Source: Cetorhinus maximus (lineage: Eukaryota). From it: 64,000 nucleotides of DNA. Position numbers and translations under genes: made by a program. Position 1 is the stretch's first letter. Every line of letters begins with the position of its first letter. The stretch spans positions 61,070,001 through 61,134,000 of the forward strand of contig NC_135892.1 of assembly GCF_964194155.1 (NCBI RefSeq), read 5' to 3'. Shown here piece after piece: positions 49,829 through 61,440 of the stretch. The notes beneath the pieces were generated by a model, which worked only from the letters and a program-made list of their open reading frames with translations, did no database searches and had not been told where the DNA came from.

Positions 49829-49927
49829 GGGCAGAATGTTACAGCCCCGTTTCGGCAGGGACGAGACATTATAATCCACATTGACTTCAGCGGGAACGTA
49901 AAATCCCGCTGCCATAAAATTCTGCCC
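49829..49927. mobile_element. 99-bp MITE
   Basis: TIR GGGCAGAAT/ATTCTGCCC; ATA on both sides; absent at the homologous position of the LTR at 8059. Confidence 0.85.
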
Positions 49928-49970
49928 ATAGGGACAAATGTACTTTGCCTGCTGTCTGTTTAAAGTCTAT

Positions 49971-50640
49971 GGACAGGATTTTACCGTCGGCGAGCGGGGG
50001 CGGGGCCCACTCGCTGACATGTAAAATGACGTGGGATGATGTTGGGTGAAACTTCCGACCCCATTTAAATTTTCAGGAAGGCTGGGTCTCAGCAAAATCA
50101 GCTGCGTGCCCGCCGACCTGTCAATGGCTAATTGAGGCCATCGACAGGATCAATTAAGCAATTAAAGGACCTGCCCGTCCAACCTTAAGGTTGGCGGGCA
50201 TGCCAGGAGCCCCGGCGGCAACTAGAAAAAACATGAAACCTCATCCACCGGCGGGTTTTAATAAAGTTGTTATGGAAATTATGAACATGTCCCAACTCAT
50301 GTGACATTGTCACGTAAGGGGACATGTAAGGGAATTTTTTTTTTTCTATTTTTAACATTGTTGAAAGTAGAGCCGATCTCCCTGAGGCAGCACCTAGCCT
50401 CAGGGAGATGAGTGCGCTCTTTCGTGCGCATGGGCAAAAGAACGCACTCTCGATTTTAGGGACTCCCCCCGCCTGCTCAGGGACCGCATTGCGCTTCCTG
50501 GTGGATGTCACGCTGGGCGGGCCTTAATTGGCCCGCCCACATAAAATGGCGCTCCACCTCCAATCGGGGGCGCCAATCAGAAGCGTGCCCATACGTGCCC
50601 ACCTATCAACTTCCCCCCCGATGGGGGGAAAATTCAGCCC
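49971..50640. mobile_element. Harbinger-type MITE (670 bp)
   Basis: TIR GGACAGGATTTT/AAAATTCAGCCC; flanks TAT/AAT; empty site AAGTCTATGGGTTGCTG at ~9231-9247. Confidence 0.9.
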
Positions 50641-52094
50641 AATGGGTTACTGTTGCCTTGGTGTAAATTTACCTGGGAGTGATTAATTTGGGGATTTGTT
50701 TAAAAGTTATGATGGTAGTTATTTGTAGTTGAGTTAATAAATGTTTAATTTAGTTTTATATAGAAAACCTTTCGAGGCTCGGTAGTTTTATTCCTGAATT
50801 CGGAGTTGCATTTCAAACGTACCAATTGAATATGTAGGTTATGACAGTTGTTTAAGTTTCTCTCTTGGATTGAAACAACTCAGCCTTTACCAACTGCTGT
50901 GTCATAACAGTGTCCTTCTTCAATATGATGGAGCTGGACTGCGACGCTGGAGACAACTGCGTTGCATGGATCTCACCCGGCCTGTTTCGGAAAGTCAGGC
51001 GAGACAGACATGGAAGAAAGTTAGAGTAAGTAATTGGGCACCAAGTGGCAATCCCACAGTGATTGCCATTCTGAGGACGTTATGGCCCAATGTTATCTGC
51101 TTTTTTTAACTGATTTCTGTCCTGGGTTAAGATGCATTTTGGTGGCATAAATTACAATGTATGAAATTATATTAACTGGTTGGAAGCATGAACCAAAAAT
51201 GTTACAGTTGTTGTCTGAGACAAGTAATCATTCACGGTAAGGTTATTAGTGTAGAAACCATTTCAAACAGTAAGTTCGAGTGATAGAAACATAGTGGATA
51301 AGTTTAACCCTCGAATCAGATGGGTTTGGGTGCAATAGAAATTAAAATATGAAAAATCTTAAACCAAAATCCACTTGCTTCAAACCTGTCCACCTCCACC
51401 TCTCAAGAAGTGGTTTGGTCATTGAAACCTCTTAAGGAGACTCGCATGCCTTCATTTTAGCAGTGTTTCTATTTTTAATATTTATCAGCCAGATTGCCTG
51501 GGCCTTCACGATCACCCCCTGACACCTCCCCATCACCAACCCCTGATCTCCCCGCGATCTCTGACCAATCCATCCCTCCCTAATCTATGACATTCTCATC
51601 CATCTCCAATCCAATTCCCAGCACCCCTCGGCCCTACAATATTCCCTGACTCCCCGCCACCAGCCCAATCTTCCCAACCACACCAACCCTACCCCCAGTG
51701 GCAGCCTTTACCCCTAACTACCATGACACTCGCCTGATTCAGGGTTGTGGCCTTTTAAGCATTCTCCATCTGCCAGGCAGCCAAGCCTGCCAAACAGGCT
51801 GGCATCTGGACAGAGCCTCTATTTAAAAATAAAACACGCATGGTATGGAGTTAAAACTCCAAGACATTCAAACGAACCCAGCCCTCTGGGTTTCATGATT
51901 CATAACTTCTTCACCTCACTCTGAAACCCCAGTCAGTAAATATCAGAGTCATGGTTACAATAAGCAAAATGTGTCCTATATTTTCTCAAATATCATTAAA
52001 TTGTCAAAATGAGGTAAATCAGATAATTGAACCCCTGGGAAAATTTGGCAATGAAAGAAAGTCCCCAACAGGTAGAATTTTCTTCCCCTTAATG

Positions 52095-52505
52095 AGAACG
52101 TTTTGCATTTGTATTGTGCCTTTCATGACCTCATGACGTCCCAAAATATTTCATAGCCAATGAAGTACTTTTGGAGTATAGTCTCTGTTGTTATGGAGGA
52201 AAAATGACAGTCAATTTGCACTCAACAAGTTCCTCCAAATAAATAATGTCCAAATAATCTATTTAGTAATGTAGGTTATGAGATAAATATCGGCCAGGAA
52301 AATGGAGAGGACACTTTGTAATAGTGCCATAGATCTTTTAGACCCACCTGTGAGAGCAGCTAGAGCCTTGATTTAATATTTCATACTCTGTCCGTACAGC
52401 CTGTACTCCTGGATTACTGCACTGGAGTGTCAGCCTAGATTATGTGTTCAATTTCTGGAGTCAGGCTTGAACCCACAACCTTCTGCCTAGGAGGCAAGAT
52501 GTTAT
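52095..52505 (-). mobile_element. Deu-domain tRNA SINE
   Basis: Collinear with 10405-10815 (CACTGGAGTGTCAGCCTAGAT..GAACCCACAACCTTCTG). Confidence 0.8.
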
Positions 52506-53224
52506 TGAAAAAAAAAGACTGAATGCCATTCTATTTAGTAAAATAAACCTTTTGCAGATAATCTTTTTACCTCTATCCAAGAATTTTAATTCATGCAGTT
52601 AAAACCATACATAGTTTTGGCCCACTTTCCACCTCATGCTTCTCAACAGATGGCTCCATAGTATCAACCTCTCAGCTATGATAGAAGCTTTAGTGCTTTA
52701 ATACGCTTCCAAATGCATTTTTCTGCCAGTCTTAGCTGGATAAATTGCAGAAGCACTGGGGCCCACCATGAATCAAATCATTCCCATAACAGATGGCCCT
52801 GTAGCACTTGCCTCTCATTTGAGATAGGAATTTTAGTGCTTTTCAAATGTAATCTTCTACCAGCTCCCAGTTATTTTAAAATATAGAAGTCCTGAGACTC
52901 ACCAAAATATTTGATTACAAAGTATGGAATTTGCATCAGTATTGTAACTTCTAGTGACAGCCCAGTAGACACGGAAGATGTATAACATTCAAAGGACCTG
53001 CAGCATGGGCTGCATCCAAATTCGATGAAATAAGATTAGATTCAGTTCAATTAGATTTAGGCATGAACCAAAGCATAAGTTTAGACTTGGTTCATAAAAT
53101 ATAGTACATATATCTACAGTTATAAAGATTCAAAGAACAGAAACTTCTTAAAAACCCAGTCCCATAACTGATCAAAAAAATGACTTTACTTGGGCAGTGT
53201 GCATTTTGACATCAGACAACAAGA

Positions 53225-54455
53225 GAGATGGGGACAGGAGTACAGGATTAGTCAATTCAGCCCCTGAAACCTGTTTTGCCATTCAATGGGATCATGGCTG
53301 ATCTATATCTTAATTATTTTACCTGTCTTGGTTTCATAACCTTTAATACCATTGATTACCAACAATCTATCAATGCCTGTTTTGACATTTTCAATTGATT
53401 TATCACAGCAGATTTTTGGGGGAGGGAGTTCCAGGTTTCCAGTCCCCTTTGTGTGAAGAAATACTTTCTGATATCACTATTGAATGACCCTGCTCTGATT
53501 TTAAAGTTATGGCCCTTTGTTCCAGATTTTCCCACCTGAGGAAACAGCTTGTCTCTATCTACCCTATCAAATCTTTAACCATCTTAAACACCTCAATCAG
53601 ATCACCCTTTAATCTGCTATATAAAGGGGTACAAAGCCTAGTCTATGCGTCCTTCCATTGTAATTTAACTCTTGTAGTTCGGTTATCTTTGTGGTGAATC
53701 TGCATTCCCCCCACTACCCACCTGAGGTTCAGTAACCAGAACTGAATGGCAGATAAGAAACATAAGAAATGTAATAAATAGTATAGGTAGGCCATAGGGC
53801 CTCTGGGCCTGCTCTGTAATTCAATAAGATCATGGAGGACCTTTGACCTCAAATCTAATTTTTCTGCCTGATCCCCATACCCCTTAGGGTCCAAATATCT
53901 GTTGATCTAAGTCTTGAACATACTAAATAACTGAGCAACCACAGCTTTCTGACATACAGAGTTCCAAAGATTCGCAACCCACTCAGGGAAGAAACTGCTC
54001 CTCATCTAAGTTGGAAAGAGCCAATTCCTTATCTCGAAACCATGACCCCTAGTTCCAGACTCTGCAGACAGGGAAAGCAACCTCTCTGCAGTTACCTTGA
54101 GAAGCCCTCTCAAAATCTTGTGTGTTCCGATGAGATCACCTCTCATTCTTCTAAACTACAGAGAGCATAGGCCATTCAACTCGATCTCTTCTCATAGGCA
54201 ATACTCTCACTCTAGGAATAAATCTAGTAAGCCTGTATTACATTCTTTCTAATGCAGGTACATCCTTCCTTAGTTAGGGGAGACCAAAACTGTATAGAAT
54301 ACACCAGATGTGGTTTCACCAAAGCTGTGCACAATTGCAGGAATACCTACTCTTGGACTGCAATGAAGACCACCTTAATTGGCTTCTTAATTGCTTATTG
54401 AACTTGTTTGTTAGCTTTCTGTGTTTCAGATACAAGGACAGCAAGGATCCTTGAA
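53225..54455 (-). mobile_element. Two tandem CR1 3' fragments (53225-53750 and 53752-54455)
   Basis: Each has a 3' tail and the GDLIE.FKI..FF..RV..LWN motifs on the minus strand. Confidence 0.8.
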
Positions 54456-55149
54456 ACATGCAGGATTCCTGGCCCCATTCCTGGGGCTTCCTATTTTTAG
54501 GAGTGCCTTTTAAGGGTGTGAGCTGGTTCAGGTTGTAAACCCTCACCCTGCACTCATGGCATGGTAGGTTCCATAGCGGAGATAGGCATGCCCTAGTCCT
54601 TCCCAATTTCCATGGAGTTTGCCAGCTTTTCAAAGAGTCATGGTTTACAGAACTTCAAAGGTGGCATGAACAATAGCCTGCATGAAGAAACCGTTTGAAA
54701 GGTAAGTTCAAAAGGTCATCCTGATGACTCCCAATCCAAACTTTGGCACTTCCATGCCCGTTCACCCACCATAAACTGTATAGAACCAATGAACCCTATA
54801 GTGACAGTAGAATGTGTAAAAAAAAGTCATTAATTGCTAACTTCCCACTTTCTTAAAAAAACTCAATTTTACTACAGGCAAATAAAAATGTCAATCATCC
54901 AGACATCTAAAGTACCTATAGCAGAAGCTGCAAGCACCTGAAACCTCTTTATTTTGTGTAAATAATCATTGTGAAAGTGACAGCATAAATCAGAGAGCCA
55001 GGGCTATCAATCAAACAATGTTTTCCCTGGGGCTCAAGATTTCTGGGCTGTCAGCCAAGCTGCATTATGTGCTCTTGGCTGAGAGCCAAGACATCCATTA
55101 GAGTCCGAAAACACCTGACCATCTTTTTCTCCCATCAGGAATAAATGTG

Positions 55150-56308
55150 TGTCCCAACGCTGATTCAACACAAATAAATGTGAGCCAGTACATTTTGGGG
55201 GGAAAAATAGGGAGATCGATATTACTTGGAAGGTGCAATTCCAGGGAGGGTAAAGGAACAAAGGGATCTTGGAGTACAAATAATCAATCACTAAACGTTG
55301 TGCCACAGGTTAGCAAGGCCACTAGAAAAAGCAAACCAAGCACTAGACTGTACTTATAGAGGGATAGAGTTGAAAAGGAAGGAAGTTATGCTAAACTTGT
55401 CCAGAACATTGGTTAGACTGCACTTTGGCTGGATTTTATGGGGCACCGTGATCACTGCCCCTCCAGCTAAAAAGTTGAGGAGCCCACCCAGGGGTGAGAC
55501 AGTTGTCGTGCAGCCATACAATGGCTGACTGGCTGTTAATAGACTGAAGGAGGGATTTCCGTCCCTTAGGTACACAACCTGGTGGTGGTGAGATGATGCT
55601 CTTAAGTGGACGTTAAGTGGACAGGCCACCCAATGCCATCCCTGCTGCTGTTAAAGCTTCTGTGGGGCCAGGGACAGGCAGGTAGGAAGTGGGCAAGCTG
55701 CCCACTGGATTTTACACACCCCTCCACCTTCAAATCACTGGCAGGAGAGTGTAAAAGCCAACCTTTAGAGTACTGAGTGTAGTTCTGGTCGCCATATCAT
55801 GAAACACATATAGAGGCTCTGGACAGGGTGCAAAGAAGATTTACAAGGATGGCACCAGAAATGTTGGTGTACATATCAGGAAAGGATTGACAGGCTGGAT
55901 CTTCTCTCTTGAAATAGAAGGCTAAGAGGTACCCAAATGGAGGTCTTCAAAATTATGAAAGGTTTTGATAGAGTGAATAAAGAGAATGTTTCCTCTTGTG
56001 GTGAAGAGCACACCTGGAGGCCATCAATATAAGATAGTCACCAAGAAATCCAGTAGGGAATTCAGAAAAAAATTCTTCACCCAAAGACTGGTAAGAATTG
56101 GAACTCACTACCATAGGGAGAAGTTGAAACAAATAGCATAGAAGCATTTAGGGGAAAACTAGACAAGCATATGAGGGAGAAGGGAATAGAGGGTTATGAT
56201 GGTGATTTAGATGAGAAATGTTGAGAGGACACTTGGAGATGGACACTGACATGGACTGGCTGGGCTGAATGGCCTGTTTCTGTGCTATATATCCTTTGCA
56301 ATCCTATG
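55150..56308 (+). mobile_element. CR1 3' fragment interrupted by a MITE at ~55426-55764
   Basis: KANQAL..YRGIELKRKEVMLNLSRTLVRLH | LEY*V*FWSPYH..LDRVQRRFTRM; MITE termini GGCTGGATTTTA and TAAAAGCCAACC. Confidence 0.85.
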
Positions 56309-56909
56309 AGATGCTAGCTGCTGCCATTAATAGCTTTCAGATCTTCCCGAATGCAGCCAATTAAGAAATCATCTCCGGGAGCACTGCCCAATTAAGGATG
56401 GCAGGTGGACTAGGGAACTGGCAGGCCCAATGGAATTGCCTGCAGTGATGTGGGCACTGCTAAGGCAGTCAGAAGAATGTGAGGGCAGCTGAGATTGGAG
56501 GCGCCCTCAGAAAAATTATGATATTTTTAAAAATCAGTCTGGTCCTAGCTGCCAGATTATCGGTGAGAAGGGGGAGTCCCTCGATAGAATGGCCCAAAGC
56601 TGTAGCTGTGGTGCAGCGATTGAAGTGGGTTCGGGGGTGGGGGGAATGGATTTAAGGTAGGTGTCGATTGTGGCTTAGCCCGTTGTCAGGAGGCCTCCTC
56701 AACTTACCTGTCCAGTGGCAACTACTGTCAGGAAGATCCCAGTGGCTTCATAGTCATGTCTGCAATTGGTTCCTTAACAGACCTAATTGGCTACCTGCTG
56801 TTGCTGGGTAGCAGCTTGTCATAATTTATTCCTGCTCTCTGTTTTCTGTCCTTTAACCAATCTTCAATACATGCTAATATATTACCTTCAACCACATGAG
56901 TCTTAATAT

Positions 56910-57012
56910 AAAATCAAAATACTGCAGATTCTGAAAATCTGAAATAAAATTGAAAATGCTGGAAATACTTAGCAAACCAGGCAGCATCTGTGGAGGGGCA
57001 AAACAGAGTTAA
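56910..57012 (-). mobile_element. Penelope 3' end fragment
   Basis: CAAAATACTGCAGATTCTGAAAATCTGAAATAAAA..GGCAGCATCTGTGGAG..CAGAGTTAA. Confidence 0.75.
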
Positions 57013-57029
57013 TGGCCAAATACAAAACT

Positions 57030-57943
57030 AGAACCATAGGAAAGCCACTCAGCCCATCCTGTCTGCACCAGCTAAAAAAAGAGGAAAAAAGAAACTAGCT
57101 GCCCATTTTAATCCCACTTCTCAGCACCCGGTCTGCAGCCTTACAGGTTACAGCACTTCAGATGCAAATCCAGGTACCTTTTAAATGAGTTGAGCATTTC
57201 AGCCTCAATCATCAATTTAGGCAGTGAATTCCAGATGCCCACCACCCTCTGAGTGAAAAAGATTTTCCTCATGCCCCCTCCATTCCTTCTACTAATCACC
57301 TTAAATCTATGCCCCCTGGTAATTGATCCCTCAGCTAGGGGAAACAAGTCTTTACTGTCTACCTTATCTCAGCCCCTCATAATTTTGTACACCTCAATTA
57401 GATCACGCCTCAGCCTCCTCTGTTCTAAGGAAAACAACCTCAGCTTATCCAATCTTTCCTCATAGCTGCAATTTTCAAGCTCTGGCAGCAATCTTGTAAA
57501 TCTCCAGAGCAATTATGTTCTTCCTGTAATGTGGTGATCAGAACTGTACACAAAATTCCAGCTGCGGCCTAACCAGCATTTCATACAGTTCCATCCTTAT
57601 ATCCCTGCTTTTGTATTCAATACCTCGTCCAATAAAGGAAAGCATTCCATCTGCTTTTGTTACCACCTTATTCACTTGTCCTGCCACCTTCATGGACCTG
57701 TGGACATGCACTCCAAGCTCTTTCACTTCCTCAACCCCTCTCAGCATCCTTCCATCTATTATGTATTCCCTTGCTTTGTTTGCCCTGCCCAAATGCATTA
57801 CCTCACTCTTTTCTGGATTGAATTCCATTGCCACTTTTGTGCTCATTCAACCAAACCATTGATATCATTCTGGAGACAACAGCTATCCTCTTTACCATCA
57901 ACTGCACAGCCAATTTTTGTGTCATCTGCAAGTTTCCTGATCA
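57030..57943 (-). mobile_element. CR1 3' fragment
   Basis: MEFNPEKSEVMHLG, ELGVHVHRSMKVAGQV, LVRPQLEFCVQF and FFTQRVVGIWNSLP. Confidence 0.9.
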
Positions 57944-58080
57944 TGCACTGTGGGTGTACCTACACCACATGAACTGAAACGGTTCAAGAAAGCAGCTCAT
58001 CACTACCTTCTCAAGGACAATTAGAGATGGGCAATAAATGCTGGCCTAGTCAGCAACACCCACATCCTGTGAAAGAATAA
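57944..58080 (+). mobile_element. 3' end of the CR1-group LINE family seen at 43205-44163
   Basis: CACTGTGGGTGTACCTACACCACA..GATGGGCAATAAATGCTGGCCTAG is the reverse complement of 43230-43345. Confidence 0.85.
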
Positions 58081-58819
58081 TTTCAAAAAAAGCCACCAAG
58101 CAGGTAAGTTTCCTGCTGCTTAGAGATGATGAGCAGAGAACTGAATGGGTACAGAGTGGTTTGGTGGGTCGGGGCAGACTACGGTTGGTGGGGATGATCC
58201 TCGGGGCTTGGAGGTAGGGTTTGATGATCTTGAGGGGGTCTGTGATTGCTGGATTGAGGGGGCTTGAGATACAGAGGAGTTCAATTGCAGACAAAGTCAA
58301 CAGGTAAGTTTGGTGAGATGGGGGAATACTCCTGACTCCTGACCCACAAGCAGCGCTGGAAATTCACTTCTTCCATGCAGCAGCCTTCACCTCACTTTAG
58401 CTGCCGAGTTTTCTGGAGCCTAAGAAACCCATCCACCTGGATTTAAATTTAATACGAAGCTAAACTATGAGCTAGGTAATCTCCTGGGGGTGGGTTGGTT
58501 GCTCAACCCATGTCCTGCCATGGTTAAAACCTGTTGTGGGTGGGCTCAAGGCAGGCTGGGTTCAGGTTTGAGATGTTTTTAACTTTTTGTATCCCCGGCC
58601 CAAACTTGTGGGTTAAGATTTCCCTCAAGAATACAAATGGAATCAGCAGCACCTATAATTAAAAGGTGCCTGACATAAGCTAGCATGACCTAGAGTTAAC
58701 ATAACTGAAGTCCTCTTAGACCAGATGTGAGAGAGTGGACTGGATTTTCCTCTGCGTCCGTGGCAAGATTGATAGCACCCTCGGCTCTGAATCAGAGTGG
58801 GTTCAAACCCATACTCCAG

Positions 58820-59442
58820 GGGCAGGATTTTTTGCTGAGCGGGTGGGCTCAGCGGGTGGGAGCGGGCAGGATTTCACGCTGGCGGGCCAGTTAAGACCCA
58901 CCCAGTGCTGCAATGCTCAGCGCTGCCTTGGCGGGGGGGTGGTGGGGGTGGGTGGAGGGTGGGTGCGTGCTGGAACAGCTCCCTGAGGCAGCTCTGTGCC
59001 CAAAGGAAGGTGAACAATTTTGAAAATAAAAAATAAAGAGTTTTAAGGTGTTAAAAAACACGTCCCCTCATGTGATTCTGTCACGTGAGCAGGGACATGT
59101 TAGAAATTAGGATGACATTTTTTTTTTCATGATGGATCAAAACCTCATCCCGCCCATGGGTGAGGTTTCGCAAAAAATGCAAAGGCCGCTTGGCCTTTTC
59201 ACCTGCCTGCCAACCGTTAGGTTGGATGGGCAGCAAAAAACTTAAATCAATTGAATTGTTAATAGCCTTAATAGGCCTTTTAACTGTCGGTGGGCGTGCT
59301 GCCAACTCCCGCGCACGCCCGCCGACCAAAGTATCGCGTGAGTGCGCAATAATGTTGGGTTGCTCACCCGACGTCATCGCGCATCATTTTACACTCAAGC
59401 AGGCCGGGCGCACGCCAGCCCACTCAGTGAAAAATCCTGCCC
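58820..59442. mobile_element. Harbinger-type MITE with perfect 13-bp TIR and CAG TSD
   Basis: GGGCAGGATTTTT...AAAAATCCTGCCC; CAG at 58817-58819 and 59443-59445. Confidence 0.95.
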
Positions 59443-59606
59443 CAGGATGTGAGCAGTGCAGTGCTGAGGCAGTGGTCCACTCTCAGAGGATCCGCCTTTC
59501 AGGTGAAACACTGAACCAAGGTCCTGTCTGCCCTCTTGAGTGTATGTAAAAGATCCCATGGCACTGATATGAAGAGAAGGAGAGTTATTTCCCGTGTCTG
59601 CTCAAT

Positions 59607-60054
59607 CATAAGACCATAAGACATAGGAGCAGAAATTAGGTCATTCGGCCCATCGAGTCTACTCCGCCATTCAATCATGGCTGATAAGTTTCTCAACACC
59701 ATTCTCCTGCCTTCTCCCCGTAATCTTTGATCCCTTTACCAATCAAGAACCTATCTATCTCAGTCTTAAATACACTCAATGACCTGGCCTCCACAGCCTT
59801 CTGTGGCAATGAATTCCATAGATTTACCACTCTCCGGCTAAAGAAGTTTCTCCTCATCTCTGTTCTAAAAGGTCTTCCCTTTACTCTGAGGCTGTGCCCT
59901 CGGGTCCTAGTCTCCCCTACCAATGGAAACATCTTCCCCATGTCCACTCTATCCAGGCCTTTCAGTATTCTGTAAGTTTCAATCAGATCCCCCTCATCCT
60001 TCTAAACTCCATCGAGTATAGACCCAGAGTCCTCAAACGTTCCTCATATGTTAA
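59607..60054 (-). mobile_element. Young 5'-truncated CR1 with TSD TCAAT
   Basis: MFPLVGETRTRGHSLRVKGRPFRTEMRRNFFSRRVVNLWNSLP; TCAAT at 59602-59606 and 60055-60059. Confidence 0.9.
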
Positions 60055-60150
60055 TCAATATCACAAAAAACAGACTATCTGCTTATTGTCACTTTGCTAT
60101 TTGTAAGAGTTTTCCACAATTTAGCTGCCAGATTTCCTGCACTACAGCAA

Positions 60151-61440
60151 CTTCACTCCAGACAGGGTTAGCGCCAACATAGAGCCGGACGGAGCATTGA
60201 GGAATGAAGTTGAGGGCGTTCAAATTGAAGACAGAGTCTCGGTTGAGGAATTCTTCAAAATGTTCTGCCTAGTGAGCACTGACTACCTCCCTATCCTTGA
60301 TGAGCTCACCTCCATGCTTGACTCTCAGCAGAGTGGGCCCTTGAGTGCTTGGGCCATAGGTTGTCTTGACAGTGCTGAAGAAACTATGAATGCTGTTAGT
60401 GTCCATGAGTTGTTGGACCCTCATTCCCTTTCTACCCACCATTTCTTCTTTATGTCACATGTTTTATGCTGTACCACTGCCTCCAGCCGCTTGTAAAACT
60501 GTTGCTTTTCTCTTGAGCCGTGGTGGAGTTTCCATTCAATGAAAGCTTTGTGCTTATTCTCGATTAGGTCCTGTATCTCTTGGTCATTTTCATCAAACCA
60601 GTCATGATGTTTCCGAATAGAGAAACTCTTCACAGATGCTTTTATGGTGGATTTTAGGATTGACCAAGCACTATTTACACACTATAGCTCCTGGTGGCTG
60701 CAGATTGGGAGTTTGGAAGTGAGGCACTAAGAAGTGCCACCTTGGTGGGATCTTTGAGGCCTTCAGTGTTAATTTTTTAGTGACACTGCTTCTGTTGCCT
60801 CCACTATTTGGGGGGCCAGGCTTATGGAGATGATAGATCAGCTAAGGTGGGGACCGGTCCAACAGTTATCAATACCTTTGATGGTGTGGATGATGTGGAC
60901 CCGTGTCAAGAAAGGTGGTCCAACAGCAGAGTTCTCTCCCAAGGCAACTTTCCCAGCATCGAGACACTAGTCATTCAAAACCAACTCCGTTGGGTGGGAC
61001 ATGCTGTCCGTTTGCCTGACACCAGACTCCTGAAGCAACTGCGCTCCTCGGAACTTGGTTGTGGCAGGAAACTCCCAGGAGCACAGCAAAAATGCTGTCC
61101 TCAAAGCATCCCTGGAGTGGTCAGACAGTCCAACATACTCGCCGACTCGTGGGAGCCTCTGGCTTGTGATTGACCAAAATGGAGAAGGCTTATCCGGGAA
61201 GGCACTGAGCACATTGAGAGACTTCACTGGGAATGAGCAGAGGTGAAGTTGAGGTGTCAGAGGGAGTGCACAAACCTCTAAACAATCCATCTACCTAAAC
61301 CTTCCACTACCCACCTGCCCCACATGTGGCAGAGTCTGCAGATCGCGCATTGGACTGAACAGCCATTTTAGAACTCATTGAACCGAAGTCGAAGCAAGTC
61401 ATCCTCGAACCCAAGGAACTGCCTGAGAGAGAGGAAGGAT
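60151..61440. mobile_element. RTE (BovB-like) LINE with inverted 5' segment
   Basis: Minus segment ~60160-60900: VHIIHTIKGIDNCWT (EN end) and RKHHDWFDENDQEIQDLI. Plus segment ~60905-61435: PSIETLVIQNQLRWVGHAVRLPDTRLLKQL, CPTCGRVCRSRIGLNSH and a (GA)n tail. Confidence 0.85.

Larger units (their letters stand above)
49301..50909 (+). mobile_element. Solo LTR (family A) with 5-bp TSD and two nested MITEs
   Basis: Termini TGTCATGA...TCATAACA; GTGTC at 49296-49300 and 50910-50914; shares GGATTAAAGCCAGCTAGTCTGGGTGCTTTGAT and other blocks with 8059-9680. Confidence 0.9.
48560..51130. mobile_element. C-rich non-autonomous element interrupted by a solo LTR
   Basis: C-rich core 48640-49200; GGGGGACGTGTC|CTTCTTCAA is contiguous across the LTR; homologous to 29780-30621. 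Confidence 0.55.

Noticed and set aside
8059-50909. A single giant provirus bounded by the two family-A LTRs
   Set aside because: Each LTR has its own distinct TSD and no adjacent primer-binding site or polypurine tract.
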